This document shows positions 12,801 to 27,800 of a DNA stretch of 64,000 nucleotides, piece by piece. The stretch lies in contig JAGIQG010000009.1 of the NCBI GenBank assembly GCA_024679065.1, positions 99,944,001 through 100,008,000 on the forward strand. Direction: 5' to 3'. The notes below the pieces were generated by a model, which made no database searches, was not told the DNA's origin, and worked only from the letters and a program-made list of their open reading frames with translations. The translations under genes were made by a program, and so were the position numbers. The stretch is from Sphyrna mokarran. Its lineage: Eukaryota. Numbering within the stretch: the stretch's first letter is position 1; each line of letters opens with the position of its first letter.

Positions 12801-15800
12801 TGTTATAAACAATTGGCTAATTACAACAATTGGCTAAAGTGAGTTTTCAATATTCTAAAGCAACAAACCGAGAGGCTTCGAGCAACTATGTTTCAAGAAG
12901 ATGGGCAAGTTCAGAAAGGCAATCAAAGGCAAAGAATGTCGAGATATATGTGCAGGGAGATACACAGGGCAATTGTTATTAGCAAGGAGCAGATCACGAT
13001 ATTCATGAGAAGTAAAGGCAGATGAAAAGGAATTGTGACATGAGAATGATGTATTGATTGTTGTCTTTGAGAATCATTGATGGCGACGTGGACTGAGCAG
13101 TGCATGCACTATGAAGTCCGTTCAATTATTGCAATTCAAACTATTCGTCTGTCAATATTTCCTTATAATTGCTGTTGATTGTTACTTTGCTTTCTATCTT
13201 TCAGAGTTGCTACCTTTGCAATTGTCAATCCGTTTTGTGCAATCGTGAAGAAAATTGTCAACTTGCCAGCTGGTTAATTTTCTAGAATCTATGGGGACTT
13301 TCATAGTAACTTTATGCAATATGAATGTAAGCTATTTGTGTCTAATAAACAGACTTTGAGTCGCGTTCGGATGTTTTATCATAAATAAGTGAACTTGTGA
13401 ATCTTTGTCAGAAAAAAAATAAAGAATGAAGCGCATTTCCCAATTTGCTAATGGCAAATTGTCTATCAGGTTTGCATCAATGACAATATAATTACCGTGT
13501 AGTCTGAGATTGTGGGTGCAAGCTGAAATCCAAAGGATTGACTCACCAATGAGAAATACTTCTCGTTTTGGGCAGATGTTGCAGCAAGAGGTGAAATGAC
13601 AAACCTTGGGCTGACCTTTCATTTCAAAGGGCCCCAATGTATAATTGCTAAGCTTAAGTATGTTTCTCTTGTTCTGATTTATGCGCCAGTCAACTATCAA
13701 ATGATCAAAATTCTTCAGATCGCAGATTACATTCATATTGTAGTACAATCAGATAGCACATGCACGATGACCACCAGTTGCTATGGGTTTCGATTATTAT
13801 TGTAAAATTTTTATTTTTCCTCTTTTATGATTTGTTTCCTGTTTTCCCAATTGTGCAAACTCTTTGTGCTATTTTATAATATTCATTCCAATCTTGAAAC
13901 CTGCCAATGCCAGTGCACAGAAAAAAAAAGAAATGTGGTGGGAAGCTATCCATTTTCTATTTGAATTCAGCACCGTTGTACAATGAAATGTATTTGCAGG
14001 AACGATGAAAGGTTCACAATATGGTACGGAAATACTCATCCGAACTTTAAGCATTACAGGGTATGTTTCTGATATAAACTAAGTTTTAGCTAATAATGTG
14101 GAAATGTGCATGTTCATTTGACAGATGCAAGATGCAATGTGGTAAAGGATATTTTCGTATCAAAGCAACATACTGCGGATGCTGGAACCTGAAGCCAAAA
14201 AAAAACAGAACATTCTAGACTGACAGCACTTGTGTGAAGAAATTAGGACCAACATTTCGAGTCTACGTGATCCTTTCCAAAACAGTTTGATTCAGGGTCA
14301 TCTAATCTTGAAACGCTGGCTCTCTTCTACTGCCAGAAATGCTGTAAGACCTGCTAAGATTTACAAGAAAGGAGTTTTTTAAAATGTCCAATCGGGTATT
14401 TGTTTCCCAGCTGATATCTGCGATTGCAATACTAACGGCAGGATGAGTTTTTCTTTGGTGATGGAAATTAGTACTTTCAGACCATAAATTGCGAAATGAG
14501 ATTGGAAAATTATCTCCGCAAGTGAACGATGAAACAAGGTGGACACAAATGGGTGAACATATTTTTTCTTCGATCTTGGACGTGGGATACACGCCTCCCC
14601 GTCTATGAAGGATGTGGCAAAACTTTCAGGCCGACAATTGTGACAGCAACCAATTATTTTAGAATTAAGCATTCGCAGGAATGCGGATGACAATTCAATT
14701 ACAACAGTAAGCTTACGCCAAGAAGACATGTAAGTGGTCAGCAAATGAAAATACTTTGTGATGCATCCCAAAATTAACCAACAACTTCAAAGTCGAATAT
14801 CAACAATTTAGTAAGAATCCCTTTATTTTGCTCGTGTCCTTCCGATACTGACACACAACCATTAGTATTGAACTTCGCACTGCATATATTTGGATTATGA
14901 TTATGACTCATTTTCTATACCTGAATTAGTTCATTACGCATTTCAACAAGTGTACTATTTAGACATTTGTTGGTATGGCACACTTTATTGCAGCGGACTG
15001 TGCAAATACGATTTTCATTTCCAATTTGTATCAGAAATAGAAGCAGTTTGCTAATGTTTCCTCACCAGTATTTTTGAGTTCTTTAGACAAATTTGAAAGG
15101 TCTGAAAATAATAACAAGGCTGTGCTCAATTCGAAGAATTTGTATTAAAATGACACAAGAGAGGGAATGTTCATTTTGGAATTTTGTGCAAGAAATGGAA
15201 CCTATTATTGATCTGCATTTTTGGCGGTTTGCAACTTCTTTGCTCACTGAAAGAATTAATTCAAAGATCAGTTCTATGCCATAATATGGTTTTGCAAAAC
15301 TTCAAGGGTATTTACTAAAGTAAATGAAAATAAACAAAGTTGCATGTCAGGGCACGACTGGAATTACTGAAATTGTGCAAAGGCAAATAAAGACGACTAC
15401 GAATACAAAATATGCTTCAGCATCACATTGAGTATTTTATTTTCTAATCACGTGGGAAATCATTAGTTTGAACTGTAGCTTTCAATTGGGGACAGTAGAA
15501 AGAAGCCATATTGAATACATTAAATTATCCAAGACTGCATGCAATAAATTAAGAAAAAAAGGATTGAAAGCACATATTTGGCTTCACAATAAGCTTTGAT
15601 TTTCAGTCCAATAATGCTGCACTCAAAAACCTTTTGTCTTATCCCAATAGTTAAGTAATACAGTTGGCTGACCTTAACTTCAGCTGATCATTGCTGAATG
15701 TAGGTTTTGTACAATTTCAGGACAGATTATCACATAGTCTGGCACAGTTCCATCGGATAGTTGCCTGCCTCCAAAGTCTAGGCCGTTTGTTCAAAGTCAA

Positions 15801-18800
15801 TTTCTTTACGTTATTGGCAGTGAAGTAACGCGTCTCTTGGTACAGGTTTCCAGTCTGGTAACAAGGAACCATTCGGAACAAAGATAGCAAATGACTTTCA
15901 AATGACATATAAATATTATTCAGCATGAGGGAGTTAAAATCAGTATTGCAACGGCATCAAATTATGGAGGTGGAAACTATTTATAGTTGCAAAAGTTTTA
16001 ATGTTGTTTAGCAAATCAGGGCCTTTCAATTTCCAAACTAATTTACAGCACAACTCAATACCTCGGGCTCAATCATGATAAAAAGAGCACGTATTTTGAT
16101 TCATATCAGTAAATTCACATCTTCAATTGGGCATCCATACTTAGAATCTGTGCATCAGTAGCCATGATTGCCAACAGGAAGTAACAGTCTACATTCCATG
16201 AAGTTTAATGTGGCACTTTCAACGTACAAAACATTTGCAATTAAAAAAAAAAGCCACAATTTTCAAGACTTCGAGTATTGTATTTTGACACATTTTTTGA
16301 TGCACTCACTTCACAGAGGTCAATTAAAAGAGAAGCAGATCTATGTTCTCAGTTGATCTCGCATGCATCTGAATGCTATGACTAATATTTTTACGACAAA
16401 TAAACCAGTTAAAATGTTCACTGTCTCTCTGAAATTGAATTCATTTGTTCTCAACGATCAGGTATATAACATATTTGCAGAAATTTACATTTATTGCCAA
16501 ACAGAGACTTGTTCTAATTAATAGGGGTGAAAATCCAGTTATTAGTGGGGTCAGTAGACGAGTAATCATTTTTCAACACCAATCTTTTTTTGAATCAAGT
16601 GTTTGAAAATGATGCATAACAAGAAAATTTATGAAATGTTTTACCAGTCTTGTTTTCAAGTGTCGTTTTTTCTACATATAAAAGACAAAATTCTTTCAAC
16701 GTGCCAGCCGATCAATAAGACTATTATCAAAACAGAAGACACACAGAAATTTGAAACAAACTTTTGTTTAAATTCCTTCCCTGAATTTCTGATCATTATC
16801 AGATTACAAAAATATCGGTTTCTTTCCACGTCAATTAAAGAACACCACACCATCCCCATTCCACACCATTTCTTCCACCCCGCCCCCACTACTCCCCACT
16901 TCCCCTGCCAACCCCTCCAAAAACCCTACCCAGAAATTCCAAAGAAATGTTTTATTGTACACTTTGGAAAACAATTACAGTCCAAGTACCAGCTTTTGCC
17001 CGAAATGTACGGAAATTACATTTAAAGAAGCGAATGCATGAAGAAATTCGCAACAAAATTGCGAAAGGGAACAGAGGGGAAACAATAAATATTTGCACAT
17101 CTGGATCTCTCACTTATTCACTTTAGAATTTATATGTGAAGTTATTCACTTTGCAAGCATGAACCAGAAGGGAGATTACTACATCAATGGTTATAACATG
17201 GGAGAGGGAAGTGTTCAGCGCGATCTGGGCACTTGTGCACCAGTTACTGAAGGTCAACACGCAGTAAATAAGACAACTGCATGTTGGCCTTCATTGCGAG
17301 AGATTTCTAGCACAACTGCAGGAATGTGCTGCTGCATTTATACAGGGCTTTGTGAGGTCACACTCGGATATGGTTTGCAGTTTTGGCCTCCCTTTCTGAG
17401 GAATGATGTTGTTACATTCGCGGAGGTACAGCAAATATTTCATAAGCTGATTCGCATGATGGCGGAACTGATGTAGGAAAAGAGATTGACTAGGTTGGGA
17501 TTGCTTTCATTGGAGTTCATACGAACATGGGGGATTGCATAGAGACTCACACAATTTTAACTTGATTCGACGTGTAGATGAAGAGAGGGTATTCCTGATG
17601 GTAGGGGAATCTAGAACCAGGGGTCGTAGTCGTAGAACGGAGGTGAAGAGACATTTTTTCACCCAAAGTGTGGTGATTCTGTGGAATTCGTTTCCACAGG
17701 AAGTAGATGATTCTAAAACATTGAATGTATTCACGAGGTGGCTGGATGTAACACTTGGTGCGAATAGTTTCAAAGTTTCTGGGGAGAGAGCAGGATTAGA
17801 CTTTTGACTTTGACGATCACCATGATTGTAATGAATAGTGGAAAATGCTCGTAGGACCAAATAACCTCCGCCTCCATCTCCTCCTATCGATTATGTTTCT
17901 ATATTTCTATCATAAAAAAGCTTCAGGTAACAAATCGTGTTTTACATAGAAACATGCCAAAGCAAGAAGATCATCACATGGGGGCGTGTTCAAATCTAAA
18001 ACTTAAGGCTAGACCAGAGCAAATAAAGGTTATGAGAATGGGAAAGCATGTACACATTGATGTACTACTGAAAGTATATAAATGTATATTGTGAACAAAA
18101 ACAAACTAAAATGAGAAACATTTGAAAACTGTGGAATTCTGATAGGCATGATCATCCGTGTGCACATCTCTAAGAAAAAGAAATCTTTGTACAAAGGGAC
18201 AATGAATAACTTGGAGTATTAACGGTCATCATTTTTTTGGCTAGGTTGCGCAGGAAAGTGTTCAGAAACCCCTTGCAAAATGTGTACGACATTAGTCACT
18301 TCAACGTGGTAAACACAATTCAAAGCAGGCATAGCAGGGCAACATCTGGAATGGATGGCTTCTGTTTTGAAGCAGTGATGGAGCTTTCATGAGAACTATG
18401 CAACTTGATTGAGAAAGATAATAGCAGGCACAAGTCTGACAGAAGAGATGGAAAGGATATTTAATCCTTTGTAGAAAACTAGAACTAATGTTTTAATGTT
18501 TAAAATAGAGGGTTCGCCGATTCTACACGGAGACATGAGGTTTTGATTCTCTGAGATGGCACTGGACCTTTGGAACTCCATGTCTCAAATGCGTTTTACC
18601 TAGTTCGTATTCTTGGTTTCAAGATACATGCAGAAAGATTCTCATTAAATATATTGTGAAATGATATTAGGGTAGATGGGATATTATTCTCAAATTTGTC
18701 ATGAGCTTATTGAAATGCGGTACAAGCACAAAAGTCCAAGTGACCTTCCGTTGTTTCTGATTAGTATGTCTATACTAAATGTTATTTAAAAAGTTGTTGA

Positions 18801-21800
18801 AGCAGGAAATGATACCAAGCTCGTTTTAATGATGTAACATTATGTGTTAAAGCCGACTATTCGAAATCTCACGTTCTTTCAGGCCAATGGATCCCAACGT
18901 GAGGCATAGTGCTCAAACTGTAAAAATTCACTCTCTTATTGGGATAAAAAATAATTTAGTCCCATGAAGAAAGAAGAAACAATATGTCTTGCTTTTTCCA
19001 AAATGAGCCGTTTTCCGCGCTTACTGACCATCGATTCTCTTGTGCTCTTCAAGCTCTATGTATATATAATATTGTGATATAAGTGAAACTGTTGCTCTGC
19101 TTACAAATTGTTTTCTCAAAAACGCATATGTAAGTTGCATAAATGTCATAATGAAAGGTATGTGACATATATCCGTGCTGTTTTTTTTTTTCTGAGCTGA
19201 CCCCTGTCTTTCTGCTGAAGCCGCTGTTCTGTTATGAATATATGATTATTCAATTCATTTATTAATTTTGTATTGAAACAAACATATTAGCTGTGGAATT
19301 GTTTCTGTTAATCTTCTAGTTACTCATTAGTTACTTGTGAAACAATCTCCAGCTTTTATCGAGAAACTCGACTACTGATTATAGCTGGTAAATGTAATAG
19401 TTTAACAGTGAAGCTATTTGTTGCGATTAGTGTCTAACTTCTGTCATTCAGAACTGCGCCCAGCTTGTTTGAGGCACAAACACTTCTGCCCTAGTCAGAA
19501 TGCCGTGAGGTCTTCCTGCACTCATAATACTTGAGCAGCTACCCAGGAATGAAAACTGGGTAAAAACAACATCTTCGGACAATAGCTACAGCGTTCCGAA
19601 TCTGGATGACTCGTCGGATGGCTCCGACGAATGTCCTTCCACAGATGTTGTCAGTTCTGCTGATATTTTCCAGCATTTTCTGTGTTAGGTTTTGATTCCA
19701 GTAATCTTAATAGATTGTCCTTATATAACCTAACTTGATAACTTGTGAGCTTGCTGCATTTCAAAGTTTGAGGACCAAACCTGGGACTAACTGTCACTTT
19801 TCCGTTGTCCTGCGGCATCGCTGTTCAGTCCAGACGAATTCCTCGTGTTAATTTTCTTCTGTCAGTTCAGTATTAATTGAACATATTAAAGTAGACAATT
19901 TATTTTAATAATTTTGTGATAAATTGAAATGTATGATACATTCGCTATGCGACCCAATGGCCACCATTTGCCTTAGATCGGGTGGGGTTTTAGAATTTTA
20001 TCTGTTCTTCATTAATCATTTCATTTTAAGCTGCAGTGTGACTGTCTATGTTGCTTTTCGACTTTATATTCCCTCGTATATACAGTCCCCACGCCAGACG
20101 TCAAGAGTTAGACAATTCTGAATTGAACTCATTGATGTATTTCCATTTGACGGCTTTGAAGGGAAAGTGGACGTATTCACAAATGACATAGGATCAATCA
20201 GGTCAGTATTTGTTTTTGCTTCCTGCAGTGCTCCGCGTAATGCGCAGATAATAATATCTGTCTATTAATTTCAGGTAAACAAGCTATCAGTTGTTAAGTT
20301 AAGTTATTGCATTCAACCGAATTGATCTACTTCGTGTCTTCTTTGGCAGTGTCCTAAATCACCCACGTTCTATTGAAAATAATTAAACGTTTTTCAGGTC
20401 GTAACGTATTATTTTCGTGGGGAAGAATTCCCAGTAATACACAATGATTTAAGGTGTTTACAAATTCGTGAAGATTTTCTTTTGTGAACACGTGCTGTGC
20501 TTAACTTCCGCTTTAGATAGTAATGCAGAGGCAAATGCTTGCAGAGTGCGGTGGAAATGTTACTGGACATTATTCGAATACAATAGAGGCAATTAATTAA
20601 TTGAACGCCATTAATATCGGGCATAGGAGGAAATAGTCAGCAAAAGAAAAAACAGTATGCAACAAATGCAATTTGTGATGTATCTCGCACCAACAGCGCA
20701 TGCTCACCCAAAATAATAGTAAACGGTTAATAGAGATGTCTTCCTTTACCTTAAATTATTTAGTCGTGAAGCCCGAACAACAGTGTTTGATGTTCCACTG
20801 CCAATACAGCATTTTATTAACTGCACATTCTATATTTAACTAAGCTTGTGATATTTTTGAACACAAATTTTATTCAGCTATGTGCTATGATGGCAAGAAG
20901 CATTTGCTATTGGTTTACCGTCATGCTTTATCAAGTAATTTCTAATTGCTATTTAGTATTGCTATTTGTTACAGAAAATGAAACAGTTCGAATATTTCTC
21001 CTCACCAGTTTCTCTAAGTTCTTTAGATAGGTTTAGCAGGTCTGAAATAGAAGACCAAGGAGTTCGAAGGTTTTGTTTGGTAATTTGTGAGTTACTGTTG
21101 CCATTTCACTTGTTTCGTTTTCTGTCAGCTTTTAATTGGGAATGATAGAGAAAATGTTCAATTCATATAAACAATAATGCAAACCTGTTTATTGAGCAAT
21201 GAGAAGTAGATTACATATATGGAATCACCATAACAATTTACTGTGCCATTCTCGCTAGTCTAGTATTTTGGAGCATCACTACCACTTCACCCCCATCTTC
21301 ACCCCACCCCACCCATACCCGAAATGTGGACGTTCGAGTGATGGACTTTTTTATGTTTTTCAACATTTCAATTCAAGCAATTTTTCGAATTAAAGGAATA
21401 ATGATAATCATGAAACCATTGTTGTTAGAATGTCATCTGCTCACTTTTATCTTCAAGCTAGCAACTGAAAGATGGATCTGTGCATAGCTCATGGGATTTT
21501 CGGCTTTGAGTTGTAAGGAATTTTTGATTTATTCTGTATCCACTCAGTGAGATGTATCATTTATTTTCTCTACTTTAAAAACGGCAACGGCACAAATTAA
21601 AACCTATCATTATCCTACTGTATTACCACCAAATATAGTAAATAAATTTGGTAGATGATAGAGATTGCCACATAGTGTTAGTAGAATCGAAAATAAATAC
21701 CAGTAATTTGTTTGATTTATTAGTGTCACAGGTTGGCTTGCATTACACAGCGTGCAACGTCTGTGAAAATGTTCCATTTCATACGCTCCAACGGCTGGTC

Positions 21801-24800
21801 GGATACTAAGAAGGAAAATTTAGCATGGCCGATGTATTCAGCTGGCACATCTTTCTGATTATGGGAAGAAACTGTAACTTCTAGAGGAAACACACTCAGA
21901 CATTGTGAGAAAGGGCAAATTCCACACTGGCAATGACCCAAGCCTGGAATTGAAACTGCTTCCTGGCACTGTCAGGCAGCAGTGCTATGCACGCACAGCA
22001 CCGTGCCGCTCCTGAATTTGGCATGGCCAATGCATCGAACCAGCTGGTCTTTCGGATTTTGTGAGGGAACTGGAACACCTGGGGTGAACCCATGCGGACA
22101 TAGGGTGAGTAGGCAAACACTGCATAGGTGGTGATTCAAGAAGGGAATGGAACCCGGGCCCCTGACACTTTAGAACCCCAGTGCTAACCACTGTGTCACA
22201 TCGGCGTCCCGACAATGCAACTGAAATAATCGGTTGTGGAACTAGCTTCATTTTTTTGTGTTTTTCTTTAATACTACGAATTCGATATTTCAGTTAGGAT
22301 GGATCATGCAATCTCGGAACAGCACATTTTATTCTTGGTACACACAAACTCTTATCACACAAGTGCAACAACTGGAACAAACATGGTAACTACTAAAAAA
22401 AAGAGAAAATGTTGTTGAGCACAGACCTGGTGTTTGTACTTGTAGTCGTTTTTCTAAAACAATTGAATAATCACGAAAATTATCAGGTGACAAAAGCAAC
22501 CTTGTACAAGGTTGAGAAAACAAATAAAAAAATAAGCTATAAGACCGTAAGACATAAGAGCAGAAATAAGTTATTCGGCCCATCGAGTCCACTCCGCTAT
22601 TCAGTCATTGTTTTTGTTTTGCACCCCGTTCTTCCTCCTTTTCCACACAACCCCTGATTTCCTTATTAATTAAGAGCCTATCTATCTCTGTCTTAAAGAC
22701 ACTCAATGACCAGCCCCCCACAGCCTTCTGCTGATCCTCAGATTCACCACTCTCTGGATGAAGAAATTCCTCATCTCTGTTTTAAAGGGTCGTCCCTTTA
22801 GTCCGAGTTTTTGCCCATTAGTTCTAGCATTTCCTACAGTGGAAACATCCTCTTCACTTCGATTCTATTCAGCTCATGTAATATTCTGTAAGTTGCAATA
22901 CGATCCCCCTTCATCCTTCTAAACGCTAATGAGTACAGACCCAGAATCCTCAAACTTCTTCACGGCACAAGGTCTTCATTCCAGAGATCATTCTTTTGAA
23001 CCTCCTTCGGACCGTCTCCAAGACCAGCACATCCTTCCTTAGATATGGGCCCAAAACTACTCACAATACTGCAAATAATTTTTGGCCAGAGTGTTCTTGT
23101 ACTCCAGTTGATGCGATCAATATCACCAATTTAAAAAGAAAATAACAACGTTTACAATATGAAGTCAATAGCTTATTGGCCATCAGATAAAGTATTTTAT
23201 CATCCTTCAACCTCGTACGAAATGACTACAATCTATGCTTAATAGAGTGAATTTGGCTGCGTTATTTGAAAAAAAAAAACACTGCTTATAGATGTTAAGT
23301 GATAATTGTGCAGCGATTTGAGCGTTCTTTAAACTATGCACTGACCTTCGGATATTTTGGAAACTGGCAACGTCACATTTATTTTTTGTTTTGATCATTT
23401 GGATTGTCAAAAATGTTTGGTTCGCATGAGCATCAGCGTAGTGCAGCGCAGAACAAACAGATATTAATTAAAATGTATGGCGTTTGTTTGGCTGTCAATT
23501 CGTTGAACACTGACCTATACCCTATTCCTTACCGCACAGTTCCAAATTCTCGGTCAGTTTTTCTATTTCTGGAAAGAAAAAGTAAAGTGCATAATCAAAT
23601 CAATTTGGAGTATGTTGTGACGTCTCCCATTATTAGCTTGGTAAATTGCTGTTCAGTGATAATGCCCTGCCTTCAGTGCTGTAACTTACGAAATGCTGAG
23701 GGCACGATTCTTCTACGTGGCAGAGTAACAACATAATGTGAGGAATAAAAGAAGGCAAAATAATGTGAACTTTAAAATGCTATTAATTCTATTCGTTAAA
23801 AAAAAACTAAAAAAACGTTATACTTGGTACTGCATTTATTATTTCAGAATTAGATTGGCAACACTGTGCGATTAGATTGGCTGTTGTTTAATTCTCTTCA
23901 ACATTTATGTCTCAATACTATGCATTAATTGAATTCATAAAGATGCTTTGCGGAGCCATGTTTTAAATGCTTAATATTGTATGCATCGAGGTTTGATGCA
24001 CATCTGGCCAACATTTTCATACTACCTTTTTTTTACACATTTGTTACATGTAGTCGTAATGTTAAACGTCCGTATTAGGTGTACAGCTTGAAAAAGAAAC
24101 ATGATATTCTGTCCTTTGTTTTGAATTAAAGTAATTCATTTCAAGAATCACAAGAGATCATATAAAGTCCTCGCTATAAAGGCTTTAATTTATGACGATC
24201 CTGCAATAATTATGATTGTCTTAAACGTTGCCTCTCAATTATTTGGCCATGAAGACCTACTTCCCGATTCTGAACAAGTGGGTCAAGAAGCTGTTCTGAA
24301 AATGTTTTGCCGCAGTACAAACTATGTAAACAAGAAACAAACCTTAATTGCAGGGTGGTCCACAAAGTAGTTAAAAACTTAAAGGAGCTGGGAGTGGGCA
24401 ATGGAAATGACGTCAACCGAAAACAGTTTCCCACGATAAATCAATTACGAAACAGATCATGATCAGTTTGGCCAATCACAGATTTATTACGCACTCAAGG
24501 ACCCATTAAGAATTAACCTAATGCAGATCAATCTGATACAATGGATATAACTGTTAATATTGCGCTTTGCACATTTGAATAGGATTATAAGCAAGCGCTT
24601 CCACTGAAAAATTCCACCTCAAGTTTGAAAATTATATTATTTTGTCGTGTTTTTCTGTCCAACGGATAGCAGATACTACTGGGAGATAACAAAGGTTGAG
24701 TGGTAACCCAAGTTCAAAGCTGCACCTCGAAGCATGAGTTAACCCGTCCCACTCTTTCTTTGTTCAGTGTAAATTTGGAACTTACTTTTCTTAAAATAAA

Positions 24801-27800
24801 TGTCTTAAGAAAATTGGCCAAATCGTTTCCTGATCGCTAAATGATCATTGACTAAAATGAAGATGATTAGAATTTATGTTTATCTTATGTTCAAAACTGT
24901 AAGCTCAGATATCTGAAATTCAACGATTCTATGAAGAATCAGCCAGGCGAACAGGACAACCAGTGAAGGAAAACCCAATGGTTGCAGATTCATTGTTAAC
25001 CTGTCAGTGATTACTGACTGTGCTGACAATGCGTCAATTAAAACATCTTTCTTCTCTCCAGTGCGAAAGGCTTGAAAAATTGTCTCGCAAAAATCTGCAA
25101 ACACTGCTTTAAGGTAAAGCAATTATGCTGGTCAGAAACGAGGGCCAGTCATAGACAGCAGTGGGAAGTTGTGCGTGGAGCCTGAAGAGATTGGTGAGGC
25201 ACTGAATAAATATTTCTCTTCGGTATTCACGCAGAGTGCTGGAAATGTAGCTGTGGAGAGCACTGAGGTACAGGGTTGCAAATTGGGGAGTAGTGTAGTA
25301 GATAGGGAGGATGTGTTAGAAATTCTCGAGGGTTTGAAGTTGGATAAGTCCCCTGGGCCGGACGGGATTTACCCTAGGATTCTCTGGGATGCAAGAGAGG
25401 AGATTGCAGAGCCTCTGGCTCTGATCTTCAGGTCCTCGTTGGTTACGGGTGTGGTTCCGGAGGACTGGAGGATGGCGAATGTGGTCCCATTGTTTAAGAC
25501 GGGGAAGAGAGACCTTCCTGGGAATTATAGGCCAGTGAGTCTTACTTCTGTGGTGGGCAAGGTATTGGAGAGAATTATTAGGGATATGATTTATAGTTAT
25601 TTAGAGAGAAATGAATTGATTGGGGATAGTCAGCATGGTTTCGTGAAGGGTAGGTCATGCCTTACTACCTCATTGAGTTTTTTGAGAAAGTGACCAGAGA
25701 GGTGGATGGGGGTAAGGCGGTTGATGTAGTATATATGGACTTTAGTAAGGCTTTTGATAAGGTGGCCCATGGAAGACTTCTACAGAAAATGCAGAGGTGT
25801 GGAATAGAGGGTGATTTAGCTAATTGGATTAGAAATTGGCTGGCAGATAGAATACAGAGGGTGGTGGTTGATGGGAGATATTCATCGTGGAGTTCGGTGA
25901 CGAGTGGTGTGCCTCAGGGGTCTGTTTTGGGGCCCCTGCTGTTTGTAATTTTTATAAATGATCTGGATGAGGGTAGTGAGGGATGGATCAGTAAATTTGC
26001 AGATGATACTAAAGTTGGTGGAGTGGTAGATAGTGAAGAGGGGTGTTTTAGTTTACAGAGTGACTTGACAAGTTGCAGAGCTGGGCCGAGAGGTGGCAAA
26101 TGGAGTTTAATGTGGAAAAGTGTGAGGTAATGCACTTTGGCAGGAATAATAAATGTGTAGAGTATAGGCTAATGGTAGGATTCTTAATAGTGTTGATGAA
26201 CAGAGGGATCTTGGTGTATTTGTGCATAGATCCCTGAAAGTAGGCAGTCAAGTCGATAAGGTTGTTAAGAAGGCATATTGAGTCTTAGCTTTTATTGGTA
26301 GGGGGATTGAATTTAGGAGCCGCAGCATCATGTTGCAGCTGTACAAAACTCTAGTGCGGCCGCACTTGGAGTATTGTGTGCAGTTCTGGTCGCCACATTA
26401 TAAGAAAGATGGGGGGGCATTGGAGAGGGTACAGAGGAGGTTTACTAGGATGTTGCCTGGTATGGAGGGCAGGTCCTATGAAGAGAGGTTGAAGGATTTG
26501 AGGTTTTTTTCGTTAGAAAGGAGGCGGCTACGGGGGGATCTTATTGAAACATATAAGATAATTAGAGGTTTGGATAGGGTGGACAGTGATAGCCTTTTTC
26601 CTAGGATGGAGAAAGCTAGCACGAGGGGACACAACTTTAATTAAGGGGTATGAGTTATAGGACGGATATCAGAGGTAGGTTCTTTACTCAAAGAGTGATT
26701 AGGGAGTGGAATGCCCTGCCTGCAGCTGTTGTAGATGCGCCAAGTTTGGTGGCGTTTAAGAGGTTATTTGATAAGTATATGGATGAGAAGGGAATGGTTT
26801 AGTTAGGAGGGGCATTGCTTTTTATTTTGGTCGGCACAACATCGAAGGCCGAAGGGCCTGTTCTGTGCTGTATTGTTCTATGTTCTATGTTCTATGAGGG
26901 AAGAGTCAAGCATTCAAAAGGCAGTTCCTCCGTTTGCTAATCGAGAACGTTGCCATTCTCGCAGTGTTAAATTCAGTGTGAAAAAAGAGGAGTATTTAGA
27001 GGGATAAAAAGAGGAATGGGCGGATGTTGTAAGGAGGCCAATAGTTCAGGGGCGTTGGGGGAGGGGGGATGGGGTGGGGATGTGGGTGGGAGAATGGGTG
27101 AGAGGACGCGGGTGGGACAGGGGGAAGATTGTTCCTGATTTTTTTCCAGAGGTGTATCACTCTTTGAAGTGAATGGATACTGCATCCACCAGCACAGTTA
27201 TTCACAGCTCAAACACTGACCGCGCTGCAAAATACAGTGCTTTTTGTCAGGTCGTGATTCAATTGAAATTCGGTTAGTGGAGTGAAACGAAATGATTCTA
27301 ACTTCCAGATGGGAGGCTTTGCTTGTCCCGTTCCATCATCTGAACATTCTGATATCATTGATTAGCTAGTAATTCCGCGGACGTACGTTCTGAACGATGG
27401 AGCTATCTTTTGATTTTAGTCGAGATGGTATACGGCTAGATCCAGGAAAAGATAATGGTTGTAACTTCCGGCCCGAAATCCCTGGTTTCGGTCGCGAAGC
27501 GGCGGACATGCGCATGGGAGATCACAGAGGAAAATAAATGCGGATATACGAATTTATTCTGAATTCATTAATTTTGACTTATTCCTTGCCAAGAAGAATG
27601 AGAGATCCATCACATTCCAGAGGATTTCTGACATCACAAGGATAATTGAAGCTTTTGATTAAACCCATATTGCAGTAAAGTCATTAAAAATGAAGCTTAT
27701 TCGTTGATCATCAGGAAGGAGTCCTATTTTTTAAAAAATGTCATGACAGTGTCCAATGCATAAATAGGGATCTTCGTTGCAAAGGCAAATGACCGGGGAT

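Noticed and set aside
12923-13105. Hydrophobic minus-strand ORF ([22 protein letters not shown]) as a TM exon
   Set aside because: No convincing splice sites and it ends in a stop; hydrophobicity is expected from T-rich DNA.
13576-14706. Apparent plus-strand exon chain ([13 protein letters not shown]..., [20 protein letters not shown], ...)
   Set aside because: The chain runs into several stops and is better explained by the minus-strand IgV/IgC relics, which have paralogs elsewhere in the window.
20038-20201. Plus-strand exon-like segment [10 protein letters not shown]...[13 protein letters not shown]
   Set aside because: Contains an in-frame TGA, has no supporting neighbours, and any protein resemblance is only a few residues.
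20409-20624. Possible fifth IgV relic (KRKSSRI resembles NKSSRI in copy B)
   Set aside because: No Cys/Trp framework or F-strand motif in any frame; a five-residue match is not enough.
24880-25122. Minus-strand ORF with hydrophobic stretch [15 protein letters not shown]
   Set aside because: No matching exon boundaries in that frame; the region looks like intron with decayed microexons.
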